From Paecilomyces variotii (lineage: Eukaryota): a stretch of 64,000 bases of DNA. Positions 9,900 through 22,820 of the stretch are shown here, in pieces; the stretch's first letter is position 1; the number at the start of each line of letters is the position of its first letter. Made by a program: the position numbers and the translations under genes. The stretch lies in assembly GCA_004022145.1 (NCBI GenBank), contig RCNU01000004.1. One strand, given 5' to 3'. The notes beneath the pieces are model-generated. The model searched no databases, was not told where the DNA came from, and worked only from the letters and a program-made list of their open reading frames with translations.

Positions 9900-12719
9900 A
9901 ATCGAAAGCTACCTAATAGTGATAATAGATCTATCAGAATTGCTCGAGTCCTAAAGTAATATGTACATGCCGCTTCAGGTCTAGCTTCCAAAGCAGGTAC
10001 TGCAGTAAGCTTAAATGTACTACTAGGAGATTGTCATAATAATACTCCCTTGCACTATCCGCCCAGCTTGTTTCCCCAGAAGCAAATCAGCTAATTACCC
10101 AATGAGTCAAGCAGGCGAGCAAGCCCTTGAAGAAGTGGCTGCGACCTCACGTGACATGACACTATGGTACAGTCTGGCGGAGTTCGGTCTGTCTCTGACA
10201 AGAGTACAAGAGTCTGATTCAGAAAAAGATACTGATTCCTCGGTGCAGCGACCAGGTCGAAAGCAGGATGACAGGGCAACAAGTGGGGGGTTCCGTGTGT
10301 GCCGCAAGAGTGATGCTCGCAGGAACTGCCCCAGATAGCAGGCAGTACCATAGTTACTGAGTCCCCGACTGCTCTGGGACAGAGTTGATTGCGCTCAGGC
10401 AGAGCATCCTGCGCCAGTTTCGTTGTGAGAACGGCAGAAACCCACTGGGACCCAGAACTAAGCAACAAAGTGGACAGTGGACAGTTTGGGAATCCCGCTG
10501 CCAGTTACCGATGACGTTCAGCTTTCTGGAGTCGGCCATCATCAGTAGTGTATGATATTAATATTATTAAGCTTGCCTATCTGCTTCTGAATGGCTAGGA
10601 ATGTTGTGGCATTAATTATTTTTATTATTATCATCTTCGTATCATACAAAGGTTGGATCGGCGTGGGGATTCCAGAACGGATCTGCACACCTGAAGACCT
10701 TGCTTTTACAGCCTGCAGGCATCGATACGGAGACTAGGCCAACAACCCGCGCGGTCAGATGTTCGGCGCCTGTGATACCGACTCCCAACAATGTGGCCGT
10801 GAAGCTGGAATGCCTTTTATTTCAACACCTTCTCCAGCAATGGATTTTGATAACAAATTTCAAGGGATCCTCGTGGCTTGCATTCTTCTGGGACCACAAC
10901 TGAAGAGACGCCGGCAGTAACAGGAGGGAACCACACACGGCCATGGTTAATTGCCGCAAGGATCACTACTCTAGGAGCTGGTGATCGGACTTCTGACCTT
11001 ACTACCTAACTATGAATTGTGTGCAGAGCGCTCTTAGCAGTCGTAGAGTTGGTTATTTATTCCTCCCGCGTAGCAGCGTCCGGATCCAGCAAGTGTCGGC
11101 AGGGATACCGGAGCTGCAAACATCACCGATGGTACACCACTCCCTAGTAAGAAAAAAAAAGCACGCCAGTAACGACATTATTGCGCGGAATCTAGGCCAG
11201 CCGGGGAGAAAAGTCGAAAAATGGCCGCAAGGAGGGTTGACAGCATCACGCTATAGGGTCATAGCATCAATACAGGCTCAGCTAGACTGCTACTTAGAGG
11301 GGTGAATGCGGTCCACCGCGACCGAGCATTGCCTTTGTCGAGCATATGTAGCCGGAGCAGAGTCGCGAAGGGGATGCATGGAACATTATTTTCCGCCGTG
11401 AGATCCATCAATGACCATGGAAAGGCTGAGCACGGAAGACCTTCGCGACGCAGCAGCAGCAGTGGTATGTTTCTTGGCCCCTGGCCGTAGAGTAGTAGAG
11501 TAATACTGCATTTCTGCGGGCGCGCTATTATGATTATTATTATGACTACGTATTAATCTCGCCGTTGCCGGCAGCAGAGCTTCTCTCGGCTGCTGACCAT
11601 ACCAGAGACAGCCGCCTGCTTGGCGAGTGGTTCTGCTGGGGAAGCGAGATCGGTATCGGCTGCGTATGATACCATACCGTACGCTCCAGCTGATTATTGC
11701 CGTCTGCTGTGGTGCTCTGCCTTTGTCTGCCCGCCGTCCGACCCGTGCTGCACCCACCGCCGCACAGAGACACGCACCACACAGAGCAGACGGTCTGCCC
11801 TCACCCACACCTCAGCGCAGCCCAGAGTCGAGCAGCTGGCAGCAGCAACGCCGCCGGCTGACAAGACGTGACGGGTACGGTACGAAACCAGCGGGCGCTG
11901 GCCAGTGACACGAGCGTATCGCTCCAGTGTCTGCTGCCCTTGCCTGCTGCTGCTCTCCCCCTCCCCCAGTGCTGACGCTGGCCTGCTCGCTGGTCTCCGT
12001 CTCGTCTCTCTGCTCCAGGTCCAGGCCAGCGCCCGCCCTCTCGCTCTTCTACTACTACCCGCGTACTCTCCCTCCTCTCCTCACTCAAACCTCTCTCACC
12101 CAATTCTCCCCCCATACAACTTCGCCCATACAAAATAAGTACTACCAATCCGTACAGGTGAGCTCCCTCATATACATGCCGCACCGTGCACCTCAACATC
12201 CTGACCACAACGCCACTTTGCTTTCCCTCAAATCCTTTTCCTGTCATTCTCCTGCGTCGATTTTTGTCGTCATTGCCTCTTAATTTCTTCATGTTGGCGC
12301 GACCTCGCTGTCGCGCATCTGCCAGCAGCCATGTTATAGTTCCATGGCCTGTGGACTGACCTGATTCCCTTATTTCTGCAACCCCCCAGGCCAATTTGCC
12401 TCGTTTTCACCATCTTTTGCTGTGTTCTTGCATCCCATCTAGAGGTGCGTTTTTCTTCGTGTTCTTTGCGCCGCGTGCCTTTGATTGCGCCCCCAAGCCC
12501 GATCGCATCGTTGTTTGGGCGCGCGCGCGCGCAACGCAACCTCCACCCTCATCTTCCCTCCTTCTGCCACTGGAACCCCCTCCATTGCTTTTTTGTTTTC
12601 TCTTCCATGACACTGTCTTTTTTGATCGCTGCTGGGTGACCTGATCATCTCGCGCGCCATTGGCCGTCGCGTGCACGAACCTGATTTCTAACAGCTGCAT
12701 CAGCAACCGCACCGCCAAC

Positions 12720-13193
12720 ATGCCTAAGGAAAAGACCACTACCCGCAAAACCAAGGCCCGCGGTGTCGAGAAGAAGAAGAAGGGTAAGATTGGCTTCCTC
12801 AGCGACTCTCCAGCCCTGCGCTAACCGCTGTTTCAGACCCCAATGCGCCCAAGCGTGGTCTCTCTGCCTACATGTTCTTCGCCAACGAGCAGCGTGAGAG
12901 CGTCCGAGAGCAGAACCCTGGTATCTCCTTTGGTACGTCCTCTTCCCGTCGCCAATCTCGCGATCCCACTAACTGTCAAACACAGGCCAGGTCGGCAAGG
13001 TTCTCGGTGAGCGCTGGAAGGCCCTGAGCGACGAAGACCGCCGCCCCTACGAAGAGAAGGCCCAGGCCGACAAGAAGCGATACGAAGACGAGAAGGCCAG
13101 CTACAACGTAGGTTTTGCATGATATCGGTTCCACATGACATGACATGCTAATTCTGGCAGCAGGCTGCGGAAGAAGATGAGGAATCCGCCTAG
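12720..13193 (+). CDS. NHP6: HMG-box non-histone chromosomal protein 6; exons 12720-12783, 12837-12932, 12986-13107, 13161/13164-13193
   Basis: Spliced translation [10 protein letters not shown]...[77 protein letters not shown]. Not captured by the ORF track. Confidence 0.96.
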
Positions 13194-15677
13194 AGGTGGT
13201 GTGCTGTCTGGCGATTTCGGCATTTTTCTTTTTATGTCCCGCTAATTCTCTGAGCTGTATTCCTGTTTTCTAATGGCTTCTGGTATGGGATGACGGTGGT
13301 CTAACTATTTATGTTGTTTCTTTATTCCTCGTTCATGAAGGGTTATCGGGATTTTTTCTCTCTACGGATGGCGGCTTTTACGACCTCACCTCGACACTCG
13401 GGGCTGGCGCTGTCGCGCGGGGTAACCAGATTCGAGCTGGGAGAAGGTGCCAGGAGCTGCCTCGTGCTTTGAACAAGCCGGAACTATTGTACACTAGCTC
13501 CCTCAATTCACAATTGTTGCCCTTTTCCATGGGTTTTCTTTTTGTTGTTTGGTTTTTTTTGCTGGGAGGGCGTCTTGAAGCGTTCCTGACTGGATGGTGT
13601 TGGCCCAAGCTCCCTCGTGCGGGCGGGGCTGTCGCGCTTTGTTTACCTTTCTGACGCGTCGGACCGCGCTTTTCTCCGGCGCTTTTTTTCTTGTCCCCCC
13701 GCTTCCCTGTTAGCAGCCTTAGGCATCGGAATTTGACAGCAAAGAGACAAAGTCCAGGCTCTCTATTTTACTGCCTTGGGTGTCGACATGGCATCCAGAG
13801 CTCAGTCCAGACTTCATCAGGCTTCCTTCTGCTGTCTTTTGAGGAGCTGGGCCAAACTGGACCCGTAAGGCTGGCTGAGTGTGAAATGCTGAAACCGTAC
13901 ATATCTAGATAAAATAATAAGATGGACACCAACCAGGGTTACTTAGCCAACCCTCAAAATATAGCAGGGAGATGAAAGAGACCGGTATCATTGAAATAGG
14001 ACATAACCATCCCCCCCTTCGATCCTTGTACAGTATGTAGAGAGTTGAGTTTCCCTCTCCTGCCTAATGAGCACGATCTCCTCAGATCTCTCATAAGACA
14101 ATCTTCTGATTTGCCTCTTACGTAGGTATAGAATCCAAGATTAAAATAATCAATATCCCCGAGAAATGTATAATCTTCCCCCTTTCCTATGTACTACCAA
14201 GTATACTGTATAGTTAGCTGCTCTTCGCACATTTATGTAACAACACACACAAAACCTATTCCACACATGTTTAATCCGCCTGACAGCCACAAGTGCGAAT
14301 CTGACGTCTGTTGTGTAACAATAGCTAAATAGATGATCTGTTCACGTGAGCATTGGTACTGCAGAATGAGGGCAGGGGTTGTTATTGATGTTGTTGTCCT
14401 TGGCATCCATCATGGCAGTGATGATGATGATAATAATGATAATGATGATGAGGGCGGTGGTGTTGGGTGGAAAGAAATGATGGATTGGGATTGGTGTGAA
14501 GGGGGTGGTTTGGTTGATAGATAGAGGGTAATGGATGAGTTGGAGGATTGGATGATCTGTGGTTTTCGGATGTTTCTGGAGAGTAAGACTGTTGGCCTCT
14601 TGGTGATTCTGGTTATGGTTTTCTTCCCTTTTCCTTTTTTTATTTTGTTTTATCCCCTCTGAGAAGAATGACGTTCATATAGGGGAAGGACACTGCTGAA
14701 GAGTATATATCATTGGCAAATCATTCCAGGAAGGGGTCTTCGTAGATCTATATAGAACTCCCGGGTCATCCGCACACAAGATTCTCCTGGCCATGGCCAT
14801 CAACCCTACTGAATGTCCACGTCGCAGGCAGCTGCCATCTTGCCAATGATACCCCGCGCTAGACAAACAGCTAAGGAAGACGCACACGAGCAGCCAGCTC
14901 CCCCGGTAATTCATGGCTTGTCGCACCGCCTTATCTCGACTACCACACCCAACGTCAACACCAAAGTATGGCAGTGATTGCATTAAACTGCCCTTATCTG
15001 TTTGCCGGGAGCAGAAGAAAGCCAAATCCGATAGATATAATCTCCCATTGCGGGTCAATGGGCGACCTGGGGTTAAGTTTTGGGGGCCATTTGTCCAGGG
15101 CAGGATAATTCAAGCTGTGCCGCGGGGAAGCGCTGAGTGGACGATCGGGGTCAAGTCAATATAATAGGCAGACTGCTGGGCTGGTCAAGGTGCGCGGGCA
15201 GTGGAAAAGAGTCACCAATGCATGCGCATCCGGCAACGAGATGCTTGCTCATTGGTGTCGCTCATGGAGGAGAGGTTGACCACGTCAACACCCGACTGCG
15301 GCGTCATGATCCCACTTCCGAGCGTTGTCAGACCCCCTCGGAAAAGAGCCTCAAGTTAATAAACGCCGCCAAAGTTTGCGCTGTTCGTCTCGATGCTTCA
15401 GAAAGTGGGTTGTGGGTGTGTTCTCGGCGCGGTTGCGGCCAAGACAGTCATTCTATTCTGCCTTCATCTGCGGCCTTCCTGGCGCTGATTTTCTTTGCCT
15501 TTCTAGGTATCTTCTCCTTCGGCCGCCTGTGCTGCAGCGGATGCCCCTCCTTTGTTTATCATCTTCCGTTCGCATGTAAAAAGTCAAAAAAAAAAGAAGA
15601 GAAATTGTCGTGGGCCTGCTCTTGTTTGTCCATACTGTTCTTGTACAACTGATGGCCTGACAGCCGCCGTCGCAAGC

Positions 15678-17686
15678 ATGGCCTTGCGCACATCTGCTAC
15701 CAACGCAGAGGACGTTGCGGCCGGTTTTATGCGATTCCGAGAACCCCTGCCTGAACACGCGACAGAGATTACTGGGTTGATCGCAGATCTCTATGGAATC
15801 AGCACCTCTCTAAATGCTCTGGAAGAACTCACCAGGTCTGGTGATTTCCGCTATCGCCGCAACGTGCCCCTGGTTCGGCCCGATCTCGAACTGGTCCGCG
15901 CGAGTTTGAAGTATACCCTGGAAGATATTGTGGATTTCTTCGGGAATATCGACCCCAGAAGTCCTGCGACTAGGGAAATCTACAAACGAACGTGGTTTGA
16001 ATTATCCACATTCTTTCGTCGCGAGATCAATTATTCGCTGGCGACCCGTCTGCGGAAGTATAAGCTGTTTCTGAGGGAGTTGGAGGATTTCACAGCAGAG
16101 TATGCTTGATTCCGCTTAGCTCGGTAAAGGTTAGAATCATCGCTGACAGTCTTCTGTGAATAGTCACTTTCCCGACAAGGGGTTCATGTCTGATCTCCGT
16201 GACGGGATCAAAGCTCTGCTGGAAGTCCAGGACAATCGATTGGCTCTGCGAATTGGCGGGCTAGAGATAGGAGGCCCAGCATCCTCCGATAGTCACAGTA
16301 CAGGCCCAAGTAGCCCCATGAGTGAGCGGTTCCCGAGGATGCGTCGTTCGTACGAGCGCCATCGTCCACCAACATTGCCTCCACAGTCCCCTCAACCTCC
16401 TTTATCCCCGTCGACCGTGACCTTCTCGGACATGCCGCCATCCCTCTCAGAGGGGTCGACTTCTCCAACAACTATCTCCACCGCTCCATCCATGCTGTCA
16501 AACCCCGTTAATGAACACTGGGCAAAGGGGGTATTCGCAAGAGATATCCCAAGGACCCGTATCCCGTTTGTAGGCGACAAGTGAGTAGTTCTTTTCTGAT
16601 CCACTTTCCGTGAAAGTATCAAAGGACTGACCATGCGTAGTTCCGAATGTGTTGGAGACCCTCATCCGCGTCTCAGACGCTTTCTGATCGAGAATGAATT
16701 TGAGGAACTCTTGCAGCTGTAAGCAGCCGTCTTTCCTTTAGTGTCATAGACCTGACGGTTCCCAGGCCCTTCAATGACGGCGCGGGTTTCTGCGTCTACT
16801 TCTACGTTCGTCAGGAAGACCGTCGAGCGCGTATCGTGTGCGAAGTACCTCATGCGACACGGTCAAACGAGTATTTCTGCTACCCGCTCAACCTGCTTGA
16901 GATTTGCCGGGAAGGCTCGTGCCTTCAGATCTGTCGGAGGCGCCGTGCTGGTACAGAACTGCATCTCTGGGCAAACCTCAAATTCAACACAATTGAAAGT
17001 AAGTAGAAACAGCTGAAGATTTGCCGTGGCTGTAGTGGAGCTAACCGTGGTATCCAGAGATGGTCCTCTTCTTCTGCACCTTCCTGGCCCTTCGTTCTCA
17101 GGATATGGGCAAGCCAGTATCTCATATCCTAGATTGCGAACTAGACGGCGAAGAAGAAATTTTCGGAGGGTATGCTCCACTCACCGTCTGATAGTCTAAA
17201 CCAGGACCATGTGCTGACCATATGTAGACAAATAGTAGAGAATAATACGTTGCATGCACTGCGCATATACCAAGACACCACATCTAAGGCGGTACGGTTG
17301 CAAGCGTCCATCCATAGGGGCGAGATGAAACGGTAAGAAATAGGTATGACTATGCATTCAAGAGGAGACTAACATTCATAGGGCCCCCCTTTGGACTGCA
17401 TTTATCACGGATAATGTCCAGTCGTCCGGATGGATACGACGTATGGACTCTAAATCATTATACCTGCGTCACCTGCGCCGGACGGTCTTCTTCCCTCCCG
17501 AGTTTACACTCCCGCAGGGTCGCAAGCCCGAATACATTCTGCGTTTCGCAAGCAAATCTGGTAAGTGTGGGCAATGTCATCTCCCGCTTGAGCATCTATA
17601 CGACCTGATCCGAAGGGTAACTGGACCTACGTACAGACACCGACGATTTCATCGAGGCTGTCGAGGAGCTCGCAATTGACGTGTAA
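15678..17686 (+). CDS. Multi-exon hypothetical protein (helical N-terminal domain, S/P-rich linker, beta-rich C-terminal domains)
   Basis: ORF pieces 15678-16100 (MALRTSATNAEDVAAGF...) and ~16160-16580, plus several short exons bounded by GT..AG, ending ...DTDDFIEAVEELAIDV* at 17686. Internal exon edges are approximate. Confidence 0.72.
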
Positions 17687-18481
17687 GCCATAACCTACCG
17701 GTTTAAAAGTTCGTGCAAACGCACGAGTTACGACGACTATCATTCCTGCCCTGTTGACGATAATGACGTTCCGAACTTTCTGGTTTGCATATTATGAATT
17801 CTTACGACTGTTACGACTTGACGTTTGCATGATTCTGACGGCTTTCTATCACCCATACTGTTCGGATATTATCGGTATTATTCTCTAATTTCCTGATGAC
17901 GAATCGAAAATGGATAATACCCCCGATGGCTGAAGGGAAGGTTCCCCTACTCAAGGAAGGAAAGATGTTATATTGTTAGATTATTGTTATCATTATATTA
18001 CCCCATACTCATGAGTCATGCCACCATTCACCTACCCTTCAATGTTTTCGTTGGTGTCGTTGTTGTTACTACATGATGTTGGCCTGATTGCTTGGCTCGC
18101 TTCGCGGCGATTACCTTCCCCTTCTCAATTAATACCGGTTGATTCGCACATTTGACTTCATATTCCATACAATATCATGATGATCGTAATTGTAATTTTG
18201 TGCTGAAGATCTTTCGATGGTCCTATATCTTCAATATCGTCTTGGATATCATGGTAAAATGAGAATATGGATCGATGACCGTGACAATCTATGTGGGGAC
18301 CTATCTCGTAAATTAAAGACACAGATCCATATGATTGATATCGAAGTTCTCATGTCTATAAAACAGAGGGGGTATCTTATAATAATAACAGAACTGCCAA
18401 ATAGACAAGACAATATCATGCCAGAGGAACAAATATGTAGATGAAATATCATGACTGCCGCCAGGAGATGGGGGCTCCTTT

Positions 18482-19630
18482 TCATTGCGCCGACTTGATA
18501 GCACCCAGATCACCCAGGCTTTCCAGAAAGGCTTCTGCCTGCTTCTTCCCACGGAGTTCCTGGATCTTTTTCTTTCGCTCCTCTTTCAATCTGTCTCGCT
18601 CGCTCTTCCGCGCTCTCCTTTCTTCTCGCTCCTTTTCAGTCTCCTTTCGTGCTCGCTCGAGCTCTTCCATTTCTTTTCGCCGTGTCTCCGCATCCCGCGA
18701 GAACGCGTAGAATCCTGTTCCTCGACTGCGTACCTCTGCGTCCGCATCATAGTGTGTCTCCGCTGGTGGCGTCGCGGACCGGTCTCGACGCGCAGCTAGA
18801 TATGACATCTGAGCTGCGATAGGAGCATCTGGGTTGAATGCAGCGCTCTGGATTGCCTCGCCGTAGATGAGGTTCGATGGCCGTGCCGGACGAGATCGGT
18901 CGTGTGGTTCGCCTCGCGCCCCAGGGTCTTCTTGCTCAGCTCTTAACCTAGCAGCTCGTGCTGCTTCTGCTCTTGTTCCACGTCGCGACCGACCGAATTC
19001 ATCTTCATATTCAACGAGAGAGCCCGTCTCGTCAGCATCTCCATCACCTTCTTCATCCCCCGTTTGATCTTCCTCGTCCGATCGCTCTCCGCTTTCTAGC
19101 CTCTTCCGTTCCTCCTCTGCCCATTTCCGATCGAAATCCACAAGAGCATTCTTCTCCCGTCTTCTCATCCGCGCCGCGTGATCATCTGCAGTCATATCCT
19201 CTTCATCACTACTACTCGCCTCCGCCAGATGCGCACCGCTCTTTAACTCCTCATACACGCGAACTTTCTCCTCCATCCGCCTTTTTGACCGCTGCAGCGT
19301 CGCCGCATCCACTTGTCCAATATCCTCTGCTCGCTGATGCTTCTGGCGCGCAAATGCTGATGAATCATCATCATCTTCGAGATCAGCTGCGGCCCGTTTC
19401 TGCGCGCCTTTATTGTGGACGGAAAAGATGTCTGATTTGGAGCTCTTGGAAGAGCGTACACGGCCGCTGGACGTTTTGCTTTCAGACTTAGATGCGGAAG
19501 TACCGCCCTGGGCGATTAGAGAGGAGAGCTGCGTCGTGAAGGCGAGGGTGGATGATGAGGTGAGGTCCTTTTTGCTGGCCGCATTGCGGGGGCGAGGGAT
19601 TCCGTAGAGAGAAGAGGGATCGACTGGCAT
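18482..19630 (-). CDS. CCDC174 / DUF4078-like protein, 382 aa
   Basis: Motifs MEEKVRVYEELK, LVEYEDEFGRSR and HYDADAEVRSRGTGFYAFSRDAETRRKEMEEL followed by a basic coiled coil. Confidence 0.8.
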   Translation of the reverse strand: MPVDPSSLYGIPRPRNAASKKDLTSSSTLAFTTQLSSLIAQGGTSASKSESKTSSGRVRSSKSSKSDIFSVHNKGAQKRAAADLEDDDDSSAFARQKHQRAEDIGQVDAATLQRSKRRMEEKVRVYEELKSGAHLAEASSSDEEDMTADDHAARMRRREKNALVDFDRKWAEEERKRLESGERSDEEDQTGDEEGDGDADETGSLVEYEDEFGRSRRGTRAEAARAARLRAEQEDPGARGEPHDRSRPARPSNLIYGEAIQSAAFNPDAPIAAQMSYLAARRDRSATPPAETHYDADAEVRSRGTGFYAFSRDAETRRKEMEELERARKETEKEREERRARKSERDRLKEERKKKIQELRGKKQAEAFLESLGDLGAIKSAQ

Positions 19631-19916
19631 GACGTGTTGGGTCTTTTAGATGTTGCGAAATCGGTTTAGATTTTTATCAAGTGAAATATATCATGTGAAA
19701 CTGTACTTTTCCGTGGAATGGGTGGAAGTTGTAGCTTGGATTGAATAACGATTAACTATCGCCTATCGATTCACGATAGCTACCGCTGAAGTGAAGTCAA
19801 GCTTTACCGTAAACGGTGATACTAACCTCATCAGAAACATTAGTCAGCCGCCTAATCCTCCCGTCATACAAATGCAGTCTCCGCAATCTAGATAGTTACC
19901 ATATACTGGTACAGCC

Positions 19917-21105
19917 ATGTCGGCACAGATAGGACTATCGGGGGAGCCACCTGGTATATGGCCCGATCTTGCCCGCCGTGCAAAGGAAAAGATCAATCAG
20001 TATGAATACATCCCATCTCTAGACGATGAAAAGCTCGTTCCTTGCATGATCGCACTACTGGACTACCTACCCGAAGGAGGTAGGGAGTCGATTGCCCGCG
20101 ATATCCTGGGTTGTGAGAGCAACAAGAAGAAGCTGTATGATGTCTTTCAGAACATCCGTAGCTGCCTTCTTTTTGCTAGTAAGTGCACAGGATTTTTTGT
20201 GCATTTTTCTGAAATACTGAATTGTATCATACAGTGAAGGCTGCCGGACATAGTTCCATCAATAGAACTCCAATTGATGATGACAGGAAGGACAACGTTG
20301 AACCTATAATCTCAGAATTAAATTATCCGCAACACCGAGAGCGCCAATTTCGGGATAAGGTGCTCTATCGTGATAGATTTCGGTGTGTCGTGACGAAAGA
20401 TATGGACTTTAATCACTGGGAGAAGGTCGGGGAACCCGCCGGAATTATGTACTCTGAGCTGGAAGCAGCACATATAATCCCCCTTCCACTAGCCTCGTGG
20501 AAGGAATCCCCCGTAAGCATTATTCGATCCGCGTTCTCCTGATACAATACATGACTTGACTTGACTGAAAAAAATAGACTGCCTCGTTTGACGCCAGTAA
20601 CGTATGGGAGATGCTGTACCGATGTTTTCCGAAAGTGCGACAAATAGGCATGAAAGTGGACAATATTAATAACCCATGCAATGGCATTTCCTTGCGGGAC
20701 AGTTTACAAACCCAGTTCAGAAAATTTCACCTTGCTTTTGCTCCGACAGTATGTCTTAACATCAACCTAGGTGTTGGTGGCATGAAGCTTATTGTGCATA
20801 TTGTCTAGGCCATTCCTAACACATACAAAGTGAAAACATATTTAGCTTTCCCGACCTACCTAAGAAGAGATATCCCATATGATGGATTCATCTGCTTCAC
20901 GGACTCTAGCAATGCGCATGACGTTCCTTTGCCGGATGCAGCGTTATTCGATTGCCATTACAGGGTTGCGGAAGTTCTCAATGCATCAGGGATGTTGGGA
21001 GAGATAGATACAAAGATCGAAGAGTGGGAAGATATGGAAGTGAACATGTGGGATGACCATTTGGCGGAAGACGGGACAACGGACATTTCTGCTCAAAGTC
21101 CTTAA
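19917..21105 (+). CDS. Fungal HNH_2-type endonuclease-domain protein; exons 19917-20178, 20235-20512, 20578-20748, 20809-21105
   Basis: Spliced frame is intact and contains LYRDRFRCVVT...LEAAHIIP...NINNPCNGISL...LPDAALFDCHYRVAEVLNASG, the layout of fungal HNH_2 proteins. Confidence 0.8.
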
Positions 21106-22783
21106 AACTGAGGCGATGATGATTGTTTATCGAATATTAAATGGCACGGAAGTATGTCTGATTTCAACCGCATAGATTGTACATCTAGGCTGCTTGACTT
21201 GCTTGCTTGATTCTAGTTCGAAGGGGTCATTTGAAGTCATATTTATCCCCTATAGCATACAAAGAATCTAGATCCTAGTGATCTAGTAGGTAATTAGGAT
21301 TTAAAGAACCTGCTTCAAATAGATCACCTAGACGTACGCTTGTGCGTCGACACTGTTCAGAGTCTTCGAATTCAGAGTTCTTCTATGATACTTTTCCTAT
21401 ATCTTTGATCGATGTGCCGGCTGAGCCTGATAGAACGATTTGGATACACTCAGCCCACCCACAATATACTAACGCCCCTCTGGTTTAGGTGTTAGCGCAA
21501 AAAGTGCTGTCTAAAAAAGCACAACTGGACGAGTGCCGAATGCAAAGACGACTATAACTAATTATTATAAGAGAGACGCATTGTAGATTATCATAACTCA
21601 TGAAACTCTTGGGTAAAATGTCATATCACCAATATAAACCCACTAGAATAGGTATAGTACATATATTGGCAGCTCCTTCACGGGCCCATGTGAAGATATC
21701 CTAGCAGGGATAATTATCTACTCCCGAGTAATTGAATAACAAGAGCCACGTGCGGTCTCTAAATTGACTATTGGCAATAGGGAATTAGGCTCGCGTCTGG
21801 CGCTTCGAGTACAATCAACGCACGCATCCTTGGCATAGATAGTAAATTATATCAAGCTAATTCTACTCACGCGGGATGAGAAAGGACTATACTGATCGCT
21901 TAATTTTATTTTCTACAGGGGACTTTTATAGTCATTATGTAATTTTATCCTCCAAGCAGTTAACTAACTAGTTACCCTACTCTATTCCTCTTATGTCTAT
22001 CACTCCATCCTGCCAGACTATTTAATTAACGCTCAAGGTCCCCTCTTGTTTGTCCTTGTTATTATTATTGTTCGCTTAATACCTCAAATTAAACTTCCCC
22101 CTAAACTTCCCCCTTCGAATAAGCTAACGGATGTAGATCCCTATCTCTAGCGCATAAGATAAGCAGGCACGTTCGTGGTGATAACTTATGGGCGCATCTC
22201 TTCCCGATGAAAGATACATTATGATTGGACCAAGCTCGGAGAAAGCTTCTTTTGCCCAGATAAAACAGGGGCATGCATGTTAAATAATAGCTTTATGACC
22301 ATCAAAGCCAAAGTCGTGCATCGTTATCAGATATTACGAACCACGGGGATATATCCAAGATGGGATATTGTCGGATCTTGCTCCCATGCAGCAATCCAAG
22401 CAGCACCTGCAGGTGTGCTATTTGTAATTACGGATATGCAACTACAAACGGACGACCACTCATACCGTGGCTTAATTCCATGATACGAGTAGCAGGGTAA
22501 CAGCAGCAGCGATGGAAGCTTTTCTGGGAACTCAGCAAGTCCTGTATGATAAGTGCTGTAGCTACATCGTTTGATTGCGGTTCATTCTAGATATCGAGCA
22601 ATAATAGTTAAAAAAGGGTTTTGAACTTGACTCTATGTTCTGCCCAGCTTTTGGCTTCCCGTGATCTGTGATTCGACAGATATATAACTCCTCTGTTTTC
22701 CCCTCTCCCCCTTTACCCCCTTGTTAGCGTCATTATTATAGGCGATAATCTCAGTTCAACCTGCGGTGAACGCGTATATGCGG

Positions 22784-22789
22784 AAAAAC

Positions 22790-22818
<29 letters not shown>
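22784..22818 (+). repeat. Poly(A) tract of ~30 nt
   Basis: ggaaaaac followed by an uninterrupted A run in the AT-rich intergenic region. Confidence 0.9.

Positions 22819-22820
<2 letters not shown>

Noticed and set aside
10000-12700. Numerous 60-197 aa ORFs upstream of NHP6
   Set aside because: Overlapping on both strands, low complexity, mostly non-ATG starts and no motifs. Better explained as GC-rich promoter, UTR or intron sequence.
22720-22775. tRNA-like GTTCAAC segment
   Set aside because: Flanks do not form a 5-bp T stem or an acceptor stem; no cloverleaf could be built.
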